63,468 bases of DNA, filler included, from Octopus bimaculoides (GCF_001194135.2; 7 parts of 7 records of this genome joined end to end with filler, not necessarily neighbours in it); one strand, 5' to 3'. Positions 1 through 12,548 are shown, counted from the first letter of the whole stretch. Made by a program: numbers and translations. Notes: a model not told the origin generated them from the sequence alone.

Positions 1-135
1 TGGTATGTGTTGTCCAACCCACTATCCGGCAGCGTCCAATTCTCTAACGGTTTTTTTTCAAATGAATCAAGTCATAACCTTATCCATCTATTGTTTTCAT
101 AATCGGTCATAATATCTTACGTTTAAGATGATTCC

Positions 136-234
136 CATGCTTTCCCTGATGAGAAGGTTACAATTTTAATATCAAAGATCCCTATGGATCACACAGGTTG
201 TAATCCTTTGAAACATATGTAGGAATAAAGTATG
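136..234 (+). ncRNA. Type I hammerhead ribozyme, near-intact, at the 3' end of a probable PLE pseudo-LTR
   Basis: CTGATGA 146-152; stem II GAAGGTTACAA (153-163) / TTGTAATCCTTT (198-209); GAAA 210-213; palindromic stem III ACATATGT; cleavage triplet GTA 219-221; stem I CATGCTTTCC (136-145) pairs with GGAA-taa-AGTATG (222-234). Followed by (TA)n at about 271. Confidence 0.8.
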
Positions 235-269
235 CAATTATAACATGCGTTTTCTCCAATCCTTAAATT

Positions 270-270
<1 letters not shown>

Positions 271-305
<35 letters not shown>
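271..305. repeat. (TA)n microsatellite
   Basis: Direct sequence. Confidence 0.95.
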
Positions 306-308
<3 letters not shown>

Positions 309-1444
309 AATGTCATAGAACCTCTCCAAAACTAGACACCAATATCTAAGTGTTATCTAAGCCAAATAAGGTTATCTATGAAGAAAACCAACCAATATTA
401 ATGAATGTAAGTGATCTTCACAAACCATGAACCCACAAACGCTTCCCACTTTACTAAAATGAAGGACAACTCAGAATAACAAGACTGAGATATAAAAATC
501 CACAAACACACACTCCTTTAAACTATACACTCCCTAGTTTGTATATGGTATGTTTAAAACTAATATTCCATCACATCTGTAATTATATCAACAAGCTATG
601 CTTGCCATGCCATCTGTTGTCATGTTTTTGTCAATAAACTTTCTTCACTAAGTGGAACTACATATTTTTTTAAGGGTTCACAACAAACCCTTTTTCAGGT
701 TTTGCAGCAGAACCTTTCAAATGTACCTAATTCCCCTTTAAAAATACTGGGATAGTTTGCCATAACATCTTCAATGGAACATGTGGTAGTCACAGTCTTT
801 AGCTGATAGATGTGATGTCAGATGAGTCACATGACTTGTGACTAGTTCCTTCCCAGAAGTGCTGTGCAGAAAAAAACAACGAATGGCAAATGACAACGTG
901 GGCCACATAGTACATGGACACTGGACAGCTACTAGGTGGTGTGCTGCTTTCTCCAGTGTATATTGGCAGTTTCTGTCTTGTGGATTTGAACTTCTGCTTC
1001 TCAGGTTTGCTCCATATCTTATCAAGTGTGGTGTACAGCAGATCAGTGAAATAGTTCCTTCTGTGTGAACTTTCATCTCAACATTGCAGCCATTCAAAGA
1101 TCTCTTCAACAAATCACCCAAACTTTCAATAATTTATTTTCTAAATCAGAATCACTGTCTGCAGTAGACCTAGTTTCATCCACTGGTTCTTCACTGTTAA
1201 TTTTGTCAGTTTCCTAGTCTTTGAATATTCTTTGAATATTGTTTGAGATCAAACAGTTTGGTGATATGTGCGACCATTTCTGGGACAAAAGTTACAAAGA
1301 AATTTCTTTATAATGACAAGAATCAAGAGAATGTTTTCCATTGCAAGAAAGGCAAAATCTTCATTTTATATTTTTATTTCTTTTTTTGTTCTCGAAGATG
1401 GCATTGTTTGCTCAAGACTGGAATGGTATATAAGCAAATGCAGT

Positions 1445-1770
1445 TGTTGTTGTTGTTGGCACTCCATCGCTTACGACATCAAGGGTTCCAGTTGATCCGA
1501 TCAACGGAACAGCCTGCTTGTGAAATTAACGTGCAAGTGGCTGAGCACTCCACAGACACAGGCACAGGCACAACAGAAACAGGAAGTAAGAGTGAGAGAA
1601 AGTTGTGGTGAAAGAGTACAGCAGGGTTCGCCACCATCCCCTGCTGGAGCCTCGTGGAGCTTTAAGTGTTTTCGCTCAATAAACACTCACAACGCCTGGT
1701 CTGGGAATTGAAACCGCGATCCTATGACCACGAGTCTGCTGCCCAAACCACTGGGCCATTGCGCCTCCAC
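1445..1770 (-). mobile_element. tRNA-derived SINE, family D, internally deleted copy
   Basis: Reverse complement of the copies at 50821 and 60711; A/B-box head, (CAA)n tail; 14-bp TSD TAA[G/A]CAAATGCAGT at 1431-1444 and 1771-1784. Confidence 0.9.
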
Positions 1771-2344
1771 TAAACAAATGCAGTAGCAACAATATAACTA
1801 ACATTCTTATCAGCACTGGCCATGACAAGTTTTATATCTTGGGACGGAGAATACTTTAGTTTTCTTTCAGATAGCAAGTTCCTGCAAATGTGATCATTTG
1901 TTACTTCTGCCATTAGTAAGTCTCGCATCAGGTCTTTTATGGTATTTCCAGACTCACAGAGCTTACAGAGATTAATGAAACCAGGAATTGACTGACATGC
2001 TTGGTGACATAGAAAAATTTAATTGTTCCACTGTGACTGACGGTGCTAATTGTACATTTTTTTTTTTTAGTATAAAGGGATGTTAATATATATTTTTATA
2101 GAATTCATGAGAAATTTCAAATGCTGTAAGTATCTCATTCAAAACAAAACATCTACAAACATACATTTGATTAATGTGAAAATGAAGATGTCTTTTACAA
2201 GGATACAGCTTAGATTTATAACCCCTTATATACACACACTATAAACTTTTTACATATAAAATTCATGCCTCTTTCTTGTTCTCTACATATATTTTGCTCT
2301 CTCTCTCTCTCTCTCTCTCTCTTTCTAGCTATCTATCTATATAT

Positions 2345-2718
2345 TCTTACTTGTTTCCGTTATTAGACTGTAGCCATGGTGGGGCACAGCCTTGAAGAAT
2401 TTTTAGTCAAACGAATTGACCCCAGTTCTTATATTTTTATTAAGTGTGGTATTTATTCTATTGGTAATTTTTATCGAACAGCTAAGTTACAAGAACGTAA
2501 ACACACCAATACTAGTTGTCAAGCGGACAAACCCAGACAAACACACACGCACACATCTACATATACCATGCGCTTCTTTCAGTTTCTGTCTATCAAATCC
2601 ACTCACAAGGCTTTGGTGAGCCCGGGGCTAAAACAGAAGACACTTGCCCAAGGTGCCATGCTATGGGACTGAACCCGGAACCATGTGGTTGGGAAGCAAA
2701 TTTCTCAGTACACACACA
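2345..2718 (-). mobile_element. tRNA-derived SINE, family B (head, CORE-like block, internal microsatellite, tail)
   Basis: Matches reverse complement of 41621-42030 and 55722-56105. Confidence 0.85.
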
Positions 2719-2859
2719 AGGAAAATCGAAATAATGACGACCACACAAGTAGAAAGAGCCTTGAAACCAATTAAGGTCGTATTAACAGTATAAATGAAGT
2801 CGCCCGGAGGTGGGGGGGGGGGCGAAAAGCTTCATTTCATCTTTTCATTTTCAAATTCA

Positions 2860-2950
2860 TCTCATTTGTCTTTCATTCTCGTTTTTTTTTTGTCTCCACA
2901 TCTTTTGTGTTGTCCTCTCTATGTTTAACCCTTGTGGGAAATAAAGAATA
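2860..2950 (+). mobile_element. LINE-like 3' tail fragment
   Basis: Ends TGTTTAACCCTTGTGGGAAATAAAGAATAA, similar to 52795-52860 and to SINE-A tail 1. Confidence 0.5.
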
Positions 2951-3716
2951 ACTTTGGTTCCAGACCTTTTAAGATCTAGCCCCTGACCGCACAAGGCACA
3001 GCCATTTCCAGCGACAATGCCAGACGACCCATCCAACAGCATTACGGCAACCTCCGTCTTCGTCACCACAATCATCTTCTTAACGTCGTCTGCATCGTCT
3101 CCCTACGTAACACAGCTCAAGCAACACTGCACAGATTCCAACATAGCAGCCAAAGGTTAGCTGTTATCTGCTACGTTCGAATGTACGTATATATTACAAA
3201 GGGGAGAGGAATTTCACTCGAGTGTACGCTACACTTGTGTACAATACACGACAAACCTTCGGAATAAGCTATCCAAAATCGGATGAAATGTCTCCGTTTT
3301 TGTCGGGATTTTATCAATTACATATGTAACCCACATTTCAAAACAGCGGGAGAAGCCTTCATAAAAAATTTAATCCGTGTTTTTTAAAAATCTGAACACC
3401 CCACTACCTCGGTACCCTGCGCTTTTATTTATTTATTTTCGTTATTTTATTGTCTTCCACATTTTGAAACACATGTTATCCGCATTCTCGGAGGAAAGAT
3501 TTCATATCACTCCCTGAACGTACTTTTTACGATTAGGATTAATTTTGCCTTTTTGTCTTCCGCATTTGTCAGGATTTTTCTACATTTTATAATATATATC
3601 TCAAAACACTTGGAGGCAGAATGCTAAAAATGTAAGAATACCAAAGACAGAAAAAAATAAATAAATAAATAAATAAAAAAGCGAAGAAAAAGATAAATCT
3701 CACCTAATTTCTTATA

Positions 3717-5270
3717 CAGTACCGTGCAAAAGTCTTCCGCCACTTTAAACTATTGTAAATTTCTACTAATTGCCAACTTATAAGTGGATATTTCGCGTTG
3801 CGTTTTTCACAGATGAAACATTAGCCCTGTTGGAGTCATTTCCGTGCCTAATCATTATATTTTGTAGTAGGGGTTCTGAATGAGAGGAAAAGACGCGAGA
3901 ACCCCCCCCCCAAAAAAAAAAATGATCGTGCAAATGTTTTCGGCCACCTCACATAAACCAATCAAGATACAGTGTTTTAAAACAGAAAAAATGTCTAATG
4001 AAAACTTATTACATAATATTCATTTCAAGAGATTACTGTACATTGTTAATATTTCGTATAGCTTCCCTTAGCTTGAATAATTGCTTCAATGCGCTTGGGA
4101 AGAGATGCGTAAAAATCCTTCACCATTTTCACAGGTATGAGATGCCATTCTCTGTGACTGAGCTCCGACAACTCTTCAAAATTGCGTGGATTCTTCTGAC
4201 GAATTTTTCGTTTGAGTTCTGTTCACATCTGCTCAATGCTATTTAAACCAGGGCTCTGAGATGGCCAATCTTTCAATAGGTAACACCTTCATCAGCCAGA
4301 CTCTGTTGTGTTACACGCGATCTATGGCATGGAGAACAGCAAGATGTATTTGGCACTATTCAAGTTATCAATTTTAACCAACTTCCTTGAACCATCACTT
4401 TTTTATGTATCCTCAAAACATCAGTATCTTACCCATAAGCTTCACTGTTTTCGTCGTGTAACGTGGGTCGTTTCGCTTTCCTGGAGGCCTTCTGACAAAT
4501 TTTCGCTTATTAGAAAGCGAAACGACCCACGTTACACGACGAAAACAGTGAAGTTTGGGAGTAAGAGTCTAACGTTTTATAAAAAGTGATGGCTCAAGAA
4601 AGTTGGTCAAAATTTATGGTAAGTTGAATAGTGCCAAATACATCCAGCTGCTGAAGGACAATTTGGTACCAGACTTGGATGAAAGTGAAATTTTTCAGCA
4701 TAACAGAGCTTCAAGCTGCAGATTTTACCGTATTGAAAGATTGGTCAGCTCGGAGCCCTGACTTAAATATCATCAAGCAAATGTGAACAGAACTAAACAG
4801 AAGAGTTCGTCAGAAGAATCTACGCAATGTTGAAGAGTTGTAGGAGCTCAGGCACAGAGAATGGCATCTCATACCTGTGAAGACGACAAAGGATTTTTAC
4901 GTATTTCTTCCCAGGCGCATTGAAGCAACTATTCAAGCTAAGGTAAGCCACTCGAAATATTAACAATGTACAGCAACCTCTTGAAATGAATATTATGTAA
5001 TAAGTTTTCATTATAGATATTTTTTCTGTTTTAAAACACTGTATCTTGATTGGTTTATGTGAGGTGACCGAAAACATTTGCACGGTCATTTTTGCGGATC
5101 GTCTGGCATCTTTCCCTCTCATTCAGAACCCCTACTACAAAAGGGAAATGACCCCAACTGGGCGTATGTTTCATCTGTAAAAAATGCAATGCGAAACATC
5201 CACTTATAAGTTGTCAATTTGTAGAAATTTACAAAAGTTTAAAGTGACCGAAGATTTTTTGATGATACTG
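3717..5270. mobile_element. Foldback non-autonomous Tc1 derivative made of two inverted copies of the transposon 3' half
   Basis: TA TSDs at 3715-16 and 5271-72; arms 3717-4480 and 4513-5270 are reverse complements; both arms carry decayed Tc1 motifs (DPRYTTKTVKFG, SPDLN-like, RRIEATIQAK). Confidence 0.9.
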
Positions 5271-5483
5271 TACACGGATCTTAAGATCCCTGTAGACACT
5301 AAGATATAATAAACTGTATTTGTGAAATAATAGTTTCTAGAGAATCACAACCAAAGTGGTGATCTATATTGGAACGATAGGAATAAGGTTCCATGATAAA
5401 GCACACGCACACATCTATAATAATATAAAACAATTGAGACGAGATCAGTTGTTGCTAGTATTGCCCGTGAGATTCTTTCATGG

Positions 5484-5919
5484 AGGTCGTCTGCTTTCTC
5501 ATTGTCCTCTCATCTCAGTAAATATTTTAGCTAAAGTCAAATAAAAACGGTTTTAGGAACGGGCCAACTAACACTAGGAGTTATAAATTGGTTGAAAAAT
5601 ACAATTATGAGTGTGAATATTTAGAAATTTTCATTTGTTCTGAAATTTTATCTATAGAACCCGCAAAAATATCACATTTTAGAAAATAGCTTCAAACACA
5701 GGTCGTCTGCTTTCTCATTGTCCTCTCATCTTGTCTCAGTAAATATTTTAACTAAAGTCAAATAAAAACGGTTTTATGAAAGGGCCAACAAACACTAAGA
5801 GTTATAAATTAGTTGAAAAATACTATTATGACTGTGAATATTTAGAAATTTTCATTTGTTCTGTAATTTTATCTACAGAACCTGCAAAAACATCACATTT
5901 TAGAAAATAGCTTCAAACA
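5484..5919. repeat. Tandem duplication, 2 x about 216 bp
   Basis: Units start AGGTCGTCTGCTTTCTC at 5484 and 5700 and align along their length. Confidence 0.9.
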
Positions 5920-6874
5920 AAAATATCCACTACAGCGGCATCCCAGAGACAACTATACTCTAGGCCAAAGTCAAAAACACAAAACGTAGTTTTTGTCGTC
6001 TGTATGCGATAAACCAATTGATTTCACAAGAGAAAGAATATTAATTGATGCAAAAAAATACCTGATTCATTATACTGTGAATGTCCGAGTTAAGGCCACA
6101 ATGTAATTCCAGACCTATTGTAATAAAATTTCCATCGAACACAAATATGGAAGCCAACTCTCAATACCATATTGCTAGGATTTACTGCCACTCAGTAAAT
6201 TGCCAATGTTTGTATTTGGCAGAGCACTGATCCACGGAGTCGAATGTTTCATAGGGGTTCGAATTAGTTGATCGTAATTTGTAAACAAACTATCAGATTC
6301 AGATCTTCACAAAGCAGCATTCCGCTTTCGTTACCATTTTTCTAAGATTTTTTCGTTCAGTTAAAGTCAGACCCGCAGAAGGAATTCGATTACTTGTTAA
6401 TTCAAAGAGAGGATGCGGTTCGCTAGAGACAAGCTAGCGTTGAAAGATGCCAAGAGAGAAGATAGTAAAAGGTCTCTACGGCTGATACGGCGAAAAGAGA
6501 ATTAAATCACCATTAAATGTTATCTCTTATTTTTGTTTCCCGAACAGGTGAGAATTATTTAAAAGAGAACTAAATTTGAAAATAGGATTGTTTCTTGAGA
6601 TAAACTAATTTTGGCATCAACAAGTTTAAAAAAAGAAGATTAATGTGGTTCTCTCGCATCGACATTATTTAGAAGTGTCTGTATAGTGGTTTATCTTCCA
6701 TTTTGCGATAGTTGTTTAGATATAAGGAGTACCTGTTGATGAGACCTCAAACAGTAATTAGTTTCCATGAGGAACGACGATGATGATAGATTATTCTTCA
6801 ACGCCCCTTTTACATTTGTGTGCTGAAGTCAGAACCATACGAGATCAAGTAATATTACTCTCGGGAAATATATA

Positions 6875-7084
6875 CAGGGTGTCCACAAAGTCTGGGTACA
6901 TGGAGTAAATAAAATCATAACATAAACAATTAAATATAAGAAATAATAATTTCTTAAAGTATGTGTTAATCCCCATGTAGGTACATGGAGTAAATAAAAT
7001 CATAACAAACAATTAAATATAAGAAATAATAATTTCTTAAAGTATGTGTTAATCTCCATGTACCCAGACTTTGTGGACACCCTG
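6875..7084. mobile_element. Tc1/mariner-type MITE with an internal 85-bp tandem duplication
   Basis: 31-bp TIR CAGGGTGTCCACAAAGTCTGGGTACATGGAG; TA TSDs; core repeated at 6895 and 6980. Confidence 0.9.
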
Positions 7085-9596
7085 TATATTTTATATAACT
7101 ACATATATTTTATATTTAAAAAACATTAATAAAAAATCCATATGTAAATCTTTTTTTAAGTTTCTTTAGAAAATTTGATGGCATTCGAATAAATACTCTA
7201 GTTTGTATCTTCTTTCAAGTTTACGGTCGTCATATACAGTAGGATTGTTTATTTGTTTAAAGACAGCACGGTAGGATTTTACGGAGATTTGATTACTATT
7301 TCTAGTAGGACGAGCGACTCCCACACGAGGTCATTTGTAGCTACTATTTTGCAAATTAGGTAGTGACCTTGAAAATTGAGAAATTCTTCATGAGAACCCT
7401 AAAGAGTGAGAAACAAGCAGAGATAAAACCAAAAAAATATATTTTGGTTTGTAATAAGAGAGATATGAGAAAATAGATTCCATGTCGACTCAGTTTGGAG
7501 ATTAAACTTTGTCAGACTTTCAAACATTTCCTTCTCCATAAATGATCCTTTCTTCTTTTAATTTTCTTCAGTTTTTGATGCTATAATATAACATCGTTTT
7601 CGGAGTTCCTTAAGACCAATATAGAGCTGATATGGACGTTTTTCGAATCGAATTTAACGGATTTTTGGGAGAGGAAAACCTTTCACTTTATAATCTCGTA
7701 GTTTCGGGAACAAAGAAACTATGGGTATTTAATTTGTTCATTTATTTTATTTTATTTTATTTTGAGGCTCTCCCCATTTCACGTGGGAAAAACAGTTTAA
7801 AATTATTTCTTAAAGCGACTTCAGTAGTTGTTATATAATCGCTTTGTGAAACAACAAAACATGGAAAAAAAAAAAAAAAACCCAAATTACGAAGTCAAAC
7901 AATTAATTGGCGAGGTAGTTTTTTTTTGGAAGGTCAACAAAGGATCAAACGATTTCTTCATTGAAAGCCGCCCGTCCTAACATCAACTTGGGGCTAAACA
8001 AAACCAAAGAATTACATTTTGGTAGCTGAAATGGTGTCATAGTTTATAGTTTGAACAGCATTTTCATCAATAAATAGGGCAATATTTCCAAAAACGCCAT
8101 ATAGTCTGATAAAGTCATATATTTTTAGAATTCCCACCAAAAAAAGGGGTGAGGGGTGAAATGACCTCGAGCTAAAAGCTACATACACAAACATATACAC
8201 CGTTTATACAAGGATGGGTATGGAATTGAAGCGTGTTGTTATGGTGATACAACAACATCTCTAATGACCAGCTGGATTCGAAGTTTTCGTCGTTGTCACT
8301 GTTTATTTTCTCACCCTCCCAAAACTGAGTGTTTGCACAAAATGAATTTACTGAGTGTAAACTGAGATAGAATATGACTTGGAACCTAAGTGGCAAATTC
8401 TCGTTAACATCACACGCACGCATATTACGTGTCTGTGTATGTGCGTGTATGTATAAACATGTATGTATTGACATTACATACGCATATATAAGCGTAATAT
8501 ATCACACACACACATAGAAAGAGAGGGATGTATATTATGTATGCGTGTGTGTATATATTTATATATATAATACACACACACACACATATATTATTCTATC
8601 CCAAAGTATATTTTAAATTAGGTTTGCTAAGATATTGTATGTTGATGTAAACGTATCTATAACAACGGAGATGTAAAAAGTAAACTTCCACTTAGGAATA
8701 TATATGGATGGACATTAGTTTCAGAACAGTTTTTTAATCAACAGAACACTAAACACGGTTTTTTTTTAAAATGGATAAACTGAAATGTTTTCATCAAAGT
8801 CACAATATTTGGCTGTTTGTATGGCGAAAATTTCATCTCTGCTAACAAGAAGTTCAGTTGGGGGCAACTAACAGATGGGATTTTTACACTTCTGAAGGAA
8901 GGCTAACTACCAAGGCTGACAGACATCTTTGAGCAAACGGCAACATGATATTCAAGTTGTTCCTGTTGATATTTTGTTTATTGTTCAACGTATTTTCTCT
9001 GTCGTCAAATCGTAGTCATCCTCGTTGCATCTGCTGAGCAGTCATTATATTTATTTTCACTTTTAAATTCGCTATTTTAGCTGGAATAACTGACATGGTT
9101 TCGTCATGATAACTGTCAAATGAACTCTTACAGGCTGTTTCTCGACAAACAAACCGTTAAGTGAATAAACTAGGTCTACATTTTGCTGGTTTAAGGTCGT
9201 TGAAGATTCTCAATCTCATCTGTGTGCGTCTACACACACTTTCGCAAATGTGAAAACGCAGGGTTCTTGGTTCATAATCCTAAAGTCTTGAGTTTATTTC
9301 CTCAGCCAAGTGACACAATATGTCTTTGAACAAGATTAATTTGTTTCATGTTGCTCCCGTCTTCTCAGCCGTAATGAGTACGAGGGGTTGCCAGTGGAAC
9401 CCTCTCTCTTCTTCCAGATATCACGCCCTGGATGTTCCACTGAGTACAGGGTGACAGGGCTGAGAGAGTTGTCTGTGTCGGCTCATGAACTACACGGGGA
9501 CCAAAAACAATTCACGAAAACACAATACGTACGATGTTTCCAAGTCATTCATAACTCGCTCGCAATCGTTGTCCGTAGTTTGTGCACACACACACA

Positions 9597-9862
9597 ATAT
9601 TGATTTCGAATTTTGGCACAGGGCCAGCAATTTTAGGAGAGGACTAAGTCGTTTAAATGGCGAAGGTAAAGAATACGCACACCTGGTGTTTAGGGTTGGG
9701 GTTACGCCGAAAACGGGTGGTGTGTGTATTCCGTACCTCCGCCAGTTAAATCGACCCTAATATTCAAGTTCTACTTATTTTATCAATTCTGAAGGGATGG
9801 AAGACAAAGTCGACATCGGCGGAATTTGAACTCAGAACGTGGAGACGGACGAAATGCCGCTA
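9597..9862 (-). mobile_element. SINE family A copy interrupted by a MITE
   Basis: GTCGACATCGGCGGAATTTGAACTCAGAACG core as in other family A copies. Confidence 0.85.
9659..9743. mobile_element. 85-bp MITE-like insert with a TTAGGG-like core
   Basis: TIRs GGCGAAGGTAAAGAATACGCACACC / GGTGTGTGTATTCCGTACCTCCGCC (21/25 match); imperfect flank duplication (GTTTAAAT / AGTTAAAT). Confidence 0.65.
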
Positions 9863-9979
9863 CAAGTGAGAAAAAAAAAATACTTAATGAAGGAGGAACG
9901 TCTGTTTCAGAAATCACTGAAGCAGATAAATGAAAAAGTTTTTTTTATTCGATGGTCGCCGACTGGGGTTCGTGGGTGC

Positions 9980-10051
9980 AGCAGCAGCACCACCACCACC
10001 ACCACCATCACTATCATCACTACTATCATCATCACTGTCATCATCACCACC

Positions 10052-10085
<34 letters not shown>

Positions 10086-10100
10086 TGATCATCAGCATCA
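9980..10100. repeat. Compound (CAG)(CAC)(CAT)n trinucleotide microsatellite
   Basis: Direct sequence; explains ORFs 9839 and 9907. Confidence 0.95.
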
Positions 10101-12042
10101 TGGTTTCCTACTTTGAGGTGTGCCGTCCTGCCTTATGAACTTTGAGGGAAGGTCGATTTTTGAAGCATCTTGTCTCATCTCCCTAATTATCTATAATTAT
10201 TTATTTGTTGCTGGTGGCGTTGTCTTTTTGTTTTTACTTTCAGTTCTTCTTATAATTCTTTTTTTTCTGCTAAAAAAGAATGGTTGGCAGAGAGAAATGG
10301 CATTAAGTAGTGAACAATAACAATCACTTATGTTGGTACACAGCCATGAATTTATTTATTTTCAATTTATCGCTATTTGAGCCAACCCGGGAGCTTCTAC
10401 GTGGGTGCTCCACTTGCTAGAAATAGCAGCCAGACCACCTTTAGCGCTGGATTAACCATAAAGCAAATAAGTGTGTGCTTAGGGCATCAAGAGAGGAGGA
10501 GCGCCATAGAAATGGTAAATAGTTTACGGCACAAAAGAAATCGCTTCAAACTTGCTAAAATGATATCCGGGATGCCTTATCTCGTATTGAAGCGGATGTG
10601 TTACGTTAGATTACGTTAGATGTGTTACGTTAGTACACCCCTAAGCGAACACATTTGGTAATAATTCAGTCCTAGACACTACTTAAAAGACGAGGTGCAC
10701 ATGCATGGGTGCAGGGTGCAAGTGCACCACCTAAAATTCGTGGCGGGGTGCGTTTGAACATCCTGTATTGCATCTGGGTTTGCACAGTCAGAGCAAATTT
10801 TGCTCCTGCACTTATAACGATGGAACACCCTTTATCAAAAATTTGTTCAATGAAGATTGACCTGGGGGCCAAACAGCAATTAATCGATATTTCGTTCTAG
10901 TAATTTAATCAGTTATTTTTATCGATCATAGACGGATGAAAGACAAAGTCAATCCAAGTAAGAGTTTCGGTTAGAAGGACATTTTTTAATAGAAGACATC
11001 TAATCGGATGTCACATCTACAATTATGAAGGCTACGTAAAGAAAGGGGTGGCCATAGTTTGGTGAAGAGACCTGATTGGATCGTTTATTTTACGTCATCC
11101 CAACCGTTTTACTCACTCCTTGAGTTATACTTTACAAAATATAAAGTTCCACAAGAGCCTTGAAAGGGGAGGATAATTAAAAAAACTTGAGACATCGGCA
11201 GAAAATAGTTTCACCTGAAAGTAAATGTTTTATTAAATCTACATCAATACTTCAGTTTAATTATGAGATTATATTGGGTAGCTTGGCTTTCCTAGGTAAC
11301 TTAAATTAAGATAGACAAACTATCTGTTCCACAGAAAGTAACCTTTACCTCTCATCTGTTAGGTTGATAGAATTTCTTGGTTTTTTCTTTCTTTTTTCCA
11401 TTTATTCTTAATTTTTTTGAAGTGTTTTATGAGGGGCTTTTTGTGGCTTTAATCTTTCGCTACAACTTTTGTTCATCGTTTTGAAATTTGAACAAACTTT
11501 ACCTCTTTCCAGACATAACGACGGAGGACAAAGTAAGCAAGTAATAAATAAATAAATAAAAACATAGGCGAACCTAATACATTTAAAAATGGAGTTGACC
11601 TGCTATAATGAAGGAAAGGATTGACTTAACTATCGCTATTTACATTAATGCCTAATTCCTTCTAGCCATTAATTATTCTTAATGTTAGTCACAGAAGGAG
11701 AGGCAGCACCTTTGGTCTCTACAGACCTTCCCTCTTCATATTTGTGCTCATCCTGGCACGTGAATGTCTGCTAATCGAAGGGTGCGCGCCGAGGGATCTC
11801 GCATTATCAAGTAAATATGGCGTGATCTGGTGAGATAGTGTGTTTAGTTTCGAACCACTACGTTCCTCTACTGCGGTTAACTTATCCTTTTTATGCTTCC
11901 GGGAATCGACGAAAGAAAGTCCAGTCACTAACTGGAGCCCTCAAATCAATTTGACAATTTTACCACAATATGAAACACATTGAGTGACGATTTTTCGAAC
12001 TTTGTACATATAATGATATGGCGGGCAATACGAAACATTGGG

Positions 12043-12252
12043 AAGGCGACGAACTGGGCGTTAGCACGCCGGGCGAAATGCTTAGCGGTGTTTTGTCTGT
12101 CTTTATGTTCTGAGTTCAAATTCCGCCGCGGTCGACTTCCCTTTCATCCTTTTGGGGTCGATAAATCAAGTACCAGTCGCGTACTAGGATCGATCGAATC
12201 GACTGCCCCCTCCCCCAAAATTGCGGGTCTTGTGCCAAGAGTAGAAAATAAT
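12043..12252 (+). mobile_element. SINE family A monomer
   Basis: GTTAGCACGCCGGGCGAAATGCTTAGCGG head, GAGTTCAAATTCC B-box, CCTTTCATCCTTT-GGGTCGATAAA core. Confidence 0.9.
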
Positions 12253-12377
12253 ATGAAGCATTGAATAATAGAAAGTGAAATGTTATAGTTTAGAGTTTTA
12301 AAATGAATTTAAACTTTGGTTCTTTGTTTTGGGAGGTAAACAAATGGAAGACGAAAGAGTGATAATAGACACATAAT

Positions 12378-12532
12378 GCTTTCTTCTGTACGCACAAGGC
12401 CTGAGATCTTATGGGTCGAGATAGTCGATCACATCGACTCCAGAGTTCAGCTGGTACTTATTTTATCGACCTCGAAAGGATAAAAGGCAAAGTCGACCTC
12501 GGCGGAATTTGAACTCAGAATTTAAAGATGGA
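12378..12532 (-). mobile_element. SINE family A partial copy
   Basis: Reverse complement of family A core and tail. Confidence 0.85.
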
Positions 12533-12548
12533 CAAAAGGCTGCAAACG

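Noticed and set aside
771-1121. 116-aa ORF
   Set aside because: No recognisable motif, alternative start, no convincing splice sites
4255-4305. Minus-strand CTGATGA..GAAA..CTC hammerhead-like string
   Set aside because: Stem I cannot form, stem II is offset, and the sequence is Tc1 coding (DEG..KDWPSQSP)
6100-6300. Faint piggyBac-like VDQ..KY..W pattern on the minus strand
   Set aside because: Too weak, with several stops and no TTAA/TIR support
7571-7723. Possible exon with good acceptor and donor (MDVFRIEF..)
   Set aside because: In-frame TAA at 7611 lies between the acceptor and the ORF
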